DNA from: an uncultured Streptococcus sp.
GTDB lineage: Bacteria > Bacillota > Bacilli > Lactobacillales > Streptococcaceae
DNA length: 64,000 bases
Reading direction: 5' to 3'
Assembly: GCA_963522395.1 (NCBI GenBank)
Contig: CAUQZY010000001.1
Location: 6,973 to 70,972 of the forward strand
Shown: piece by piece, positions 61,593 to 64,000 of the stretch
Layout: each line of letters begins with the position of its first letter
Numbering within the stretch: position 1 is the stretch's first letter
Position numbers and translations under genes: made by a program
The notes under the pieces: generated by a model
Told to the model about the DNA's origin: nothing
What the model saw: only the letters and a program-made list of their open reading frames with translations
The model's database searches: none

Positions 61593-64000
61593 ATGGATAA
61601 AAAAATAAAGACAGCCTTGGTAGCAACTGCAGCAGCCTTTACTGCATTTTCAGTTCATCAAGTAAATGCAGATGAGGCAAGTGATAAAACTCTCAATAAG
61701 GAAACTACAGAGGTAGAAACACTGAAGTCAGTTTCTGATCAACAAATCGCAGATGCTGAGAAAAAAGTTTTAGATACTAAAGATGCAATTAAACAAAAAG
61801 AAGCTAATCTAACGCAGGCAGAAGCTGATGCAAAAGTAGCGTCAGAAAAGGAAAAAGCAGCAGCTGAAAAGGCAAAGGAAGCTACACCGGAAGCTATCCA
61901 AAAAGCTAAAGCCGACGCAACTAAAGCTGCGGCAGCTGTTAAAACTGCTGAAGCTGATGTAAAAACTAAAAAAGATGCTCAAGACGCTCTTGCGAAAGAT
62001 GTAGCAACAAAACAAGCTGATGCTGATAAAGCAACTGCTGCTATCGATGTTGCTGCTAAAAAAGTACAAGACTTAGAAAATGGTACTCCATCTCTAACTG
62101 CAGCTGAAAAAGCAAAAGCTGATGCTCAAGAAGCTAAAACTGCAGCTGCAAAAGCAAAAGATGATGCTGCAAAAGCAAGAGATGATGCTGCAAAAGCTGA
62201 TGCAGCTGCTACTGCAAATGTGACTGCTAAAGAAAACGACTTAAACGCTAAAAAACAAACTTTAGCAGATAAAGAAAAAGAACTTAAAGATCTTGGAGAA
62301 GCTCCACAAGCATACGATTTCACTGATGTTAAATTCAACCTAGGTGAAGACTTTGCAGCTGCATTAAACAAACGTGCTGAATTAATGGGTGAAAACAATC
62401 CTAATAACAGTACTAAAGAGGGGGCAGAGAAAGAAAACGAACTTAGCACAAAAGACAAAGCCGTTGTAAAAGCAAATGCTGAAGAATTACAACGTTTAGC
62501 AGCAGCTAATATGGCTAAAAATACATATACTAATACAACTGACACACGCCCAGTTGATATTTGGAACTTAACAGAGGATCAAAAGACAGAAATCAATCTA
62601 TTTGGTCTTCACATTGTTAACCAAATCCGTGAGGCACTAGGAAACCCTAAAATTACAACGACTGTTGGTATGCAAAAATTTGCTAATAAAGCTGCAGACC
62701 ATCGTAACAATGTAAAATTCGAAGGGAATACAAATCCAACTACTGACAATTTTAAGTATAGAAAAGTTCTTAAAGGTAGTAGCTTTGACTATGCTACCTA
62801 TGACTATGATGGAATCAATGATGCGGCAAGAGAAAATGGTTTATCATCTAGAACTGATCAAACTCAAAACCAAAGTGATATAATGCATGTCATTGGAGAT
62901 CCTCGCAATGTTAATCCTGATCCTAGCAAAGTTAATCTCATTGCGGATAAGAGTTATCCGTCATTACAAGAAGCTGCTAATCGAAAATTTCCACTAACAA
63001 TGGGGCAATTGAAAGAGTACATTTATGAAGCATACAAACAGAAAATGTTTAGAAATACCGCTAAAAGATATCCAGATAAGGGGCCTGACTTTCAAGGTGA
63101 ACCTCATCGTGAGTGGGAAAATGCGCTTTCTATCGGTGGAAGCATAGCATTTCGTAAAGAGAACGCAAAAGGACGACAAGCGTCTGAATACAATGCAACA
63201 AGTGTTACAGCTACACTTAGCATTAACCCTGATGCAAAAGGAAAAAATAAAAATTTATATTTCTCTAACTTTGAAATCTTTGTCCACAACTTCCAAACAG
63301 CTGGAGTTCCAACTAAAAAAGATGGACAAGAGAAAAACAGTATTGTAACTGAACTTTCTAAATTAGGCGCTGAAATCAAAAACGATCCAACCGCTGCAAA
63401 AGAATATAGTGCTAAAAAACAAGCCGCTGACAAAGCAGTTGAAGTTGCCAAAGATGAAGTAACTACAGCTCAAAACAACTTAGCTGCTGCTCAACAATAC
63501 AAACCTCAATTACCAGCTGCTGCAAAAGCTCTTGCTGATGCAACTAGCAAACTTACAGCCGCTGAAGAAGCTCTTCGAAAAGCTGAAACTAACTTAGACA
63601 ACTTACGTCAAGGTCTTACTAATAAAGCTGCTGAACTTAACAAAGCTAAAGTTGCATTAGCAACCGCTCAATATGAAGCTAAAAAAGCTAATGATACTCT
63701 TACTGTTGCGAAAGCTAAATTGGCAAAAGCTGATAAGGATGTTAAAGACTCTGAAGCAAACGTTAAAACGAAAGAGGCTGAAAAAGTTAAAGCAGAAGAA
63801 TTAGTACTTTCTCTAGAAAATGCTAAAGACAATTATGCTAAAGCTAAGGCTGATAAAGCAGCTGCAGATGCTAAAGTTACAGAACTTCACAAATGTATAG
63901 CAGATAAACAAACTGAACTTGTTACATTAGAAGAAGAATATAAAGATCTTCTAAAACGACGTATCTCTAATTTGGTTCATGAAAATTCTGAAAAACCTGA
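61593..64000 (+). CDS. Large secreted coiled-coil protein with a SEC10/PgrA-type domain (3' end outside the window; absent from the ORF track)
   Basis: AGGAG RBS; MDKKIKTALVATAAAFTAFSVHQVNA signal peptide; frame open for 802 codons to the window end; VDIWNLTEDQKTEINLFGLHIVNQIREALG, INDAARENGL, TMGQLKEYIY and EWENALSI motifs. Confidence 0.87.
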   Translation, partial: MDKKIKTALVATAAAFTAFSVHQVNADEASDKTLNKETTEVETLKSVSDQQIADAEKKVLDTKDAIKQKEANLTQAEADAKVASEKEKAAAEKAKEATPEAIQKAKADATKAAAAVKTAEADVKTKKDAQDALAKDVATKQADADKATAAIDVAAKKVQDLENGTPSLTAAEKAKADAQEAKTAAAKAKDDAAKARDDAAKADAAATANVTAKENDLNAKKQTLADKEKELKDLGEAPQAYDFTDVKFNLGEDFAAALNKRAELMGENNPNNSTKEGAEKENELSTKDKAVVKANAEELQRLAAANMAKNTYTNTTDTRPVDIWNLTEDQKTEINLFGLHIVNQIREALGNPKITTTVGMQKFANKAADHRNNVKFEGNTNPTTDNFKYRKVLKGSSFDYATYDYDGINDAARENGLSSRTDQTQNQSDIMHVIGDPRNVNPDPSKVNLIADKSYPSLQEAANRKFPLTMGQLKEYIYEAYKQKMFRNTAKRYPDKGPDFQGEPHREWENALSIGGSIAFRKENAKGRQASEYNATSVTATLSINPDAKGKNKNLYFSNFEIFVHNFQTAGVPTKKDGQEKNSIVTELSKLGAEIKNDPTAAKEYSAKKQAADKAVEVAKDEVTTAQNNLAAAQQYKPQLPAAAKALADATSKLTAAEEALRKAETNLDNLRQGLTNKAAELNKAKVALATAQYEAKKANDTLTVAKAKLAKADKDVKDSEANVKTKEAEKVKAEELVLSLENAKDNYAKAKADKAAADAKVTELHKCIADKQTELVTLEEEYKDLLKRRISNLVHENSEKP

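Noticed and set aside
61842..63451. Four minus-strand ORFs at the window end
   Set aside because: Antisense shadows of the long plus-strand ORF that starts at 61593.

Overview
Chromosomal window from a mitis-group Streptococcus, most like S. mitis rather than a typical pneumococcus (inferred from gene content). Core genes run ribU (FMN riboswitch), pheS-GNAT-pheT (Phe T-box), an ABC-2 exporter, rplM-rpsI, GH31, dtpT, gpx, rsmH-ftsL-pbp2x-mraY, clpL, luxS and dexB, followed by an aliB-like gene and a complete Wzy-dependent capsule locus. Three synonymous copies of the rpsI 3' end (10140, 18527, 24630) bracket two elements integrated in tandem. The first is an intact ~8.4-kb IME with tyrosine integrase, Xis, a Rep_2/HUH protein with a pMV158-type nick hairpin, an FtsK/TcpA-like ATPase and an LPXTG SEC10/PgrA-type surface protein. 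The second is a ~6.1-kb decayed element whose mobility genes are deleted or broken but which keeps an AT-rich, promoter-equipped cargo (membrane protein, HNH-like protein, unknown protein, PUA/EVE-like plus Mrr-like nuclease). That cargo is the best candidate for an undescribed anti-phage system. Several genes are missing from the ORF track, including a >800-codon second SEC10/PgrA-type protein directly after cps, an orphan VbhA-like Fic antitoxin, and a 46-aa integrase-fusion scar. PBP2x carries the T338A resistance-associated motif. All family calls come from motif recognition; no searches were run.
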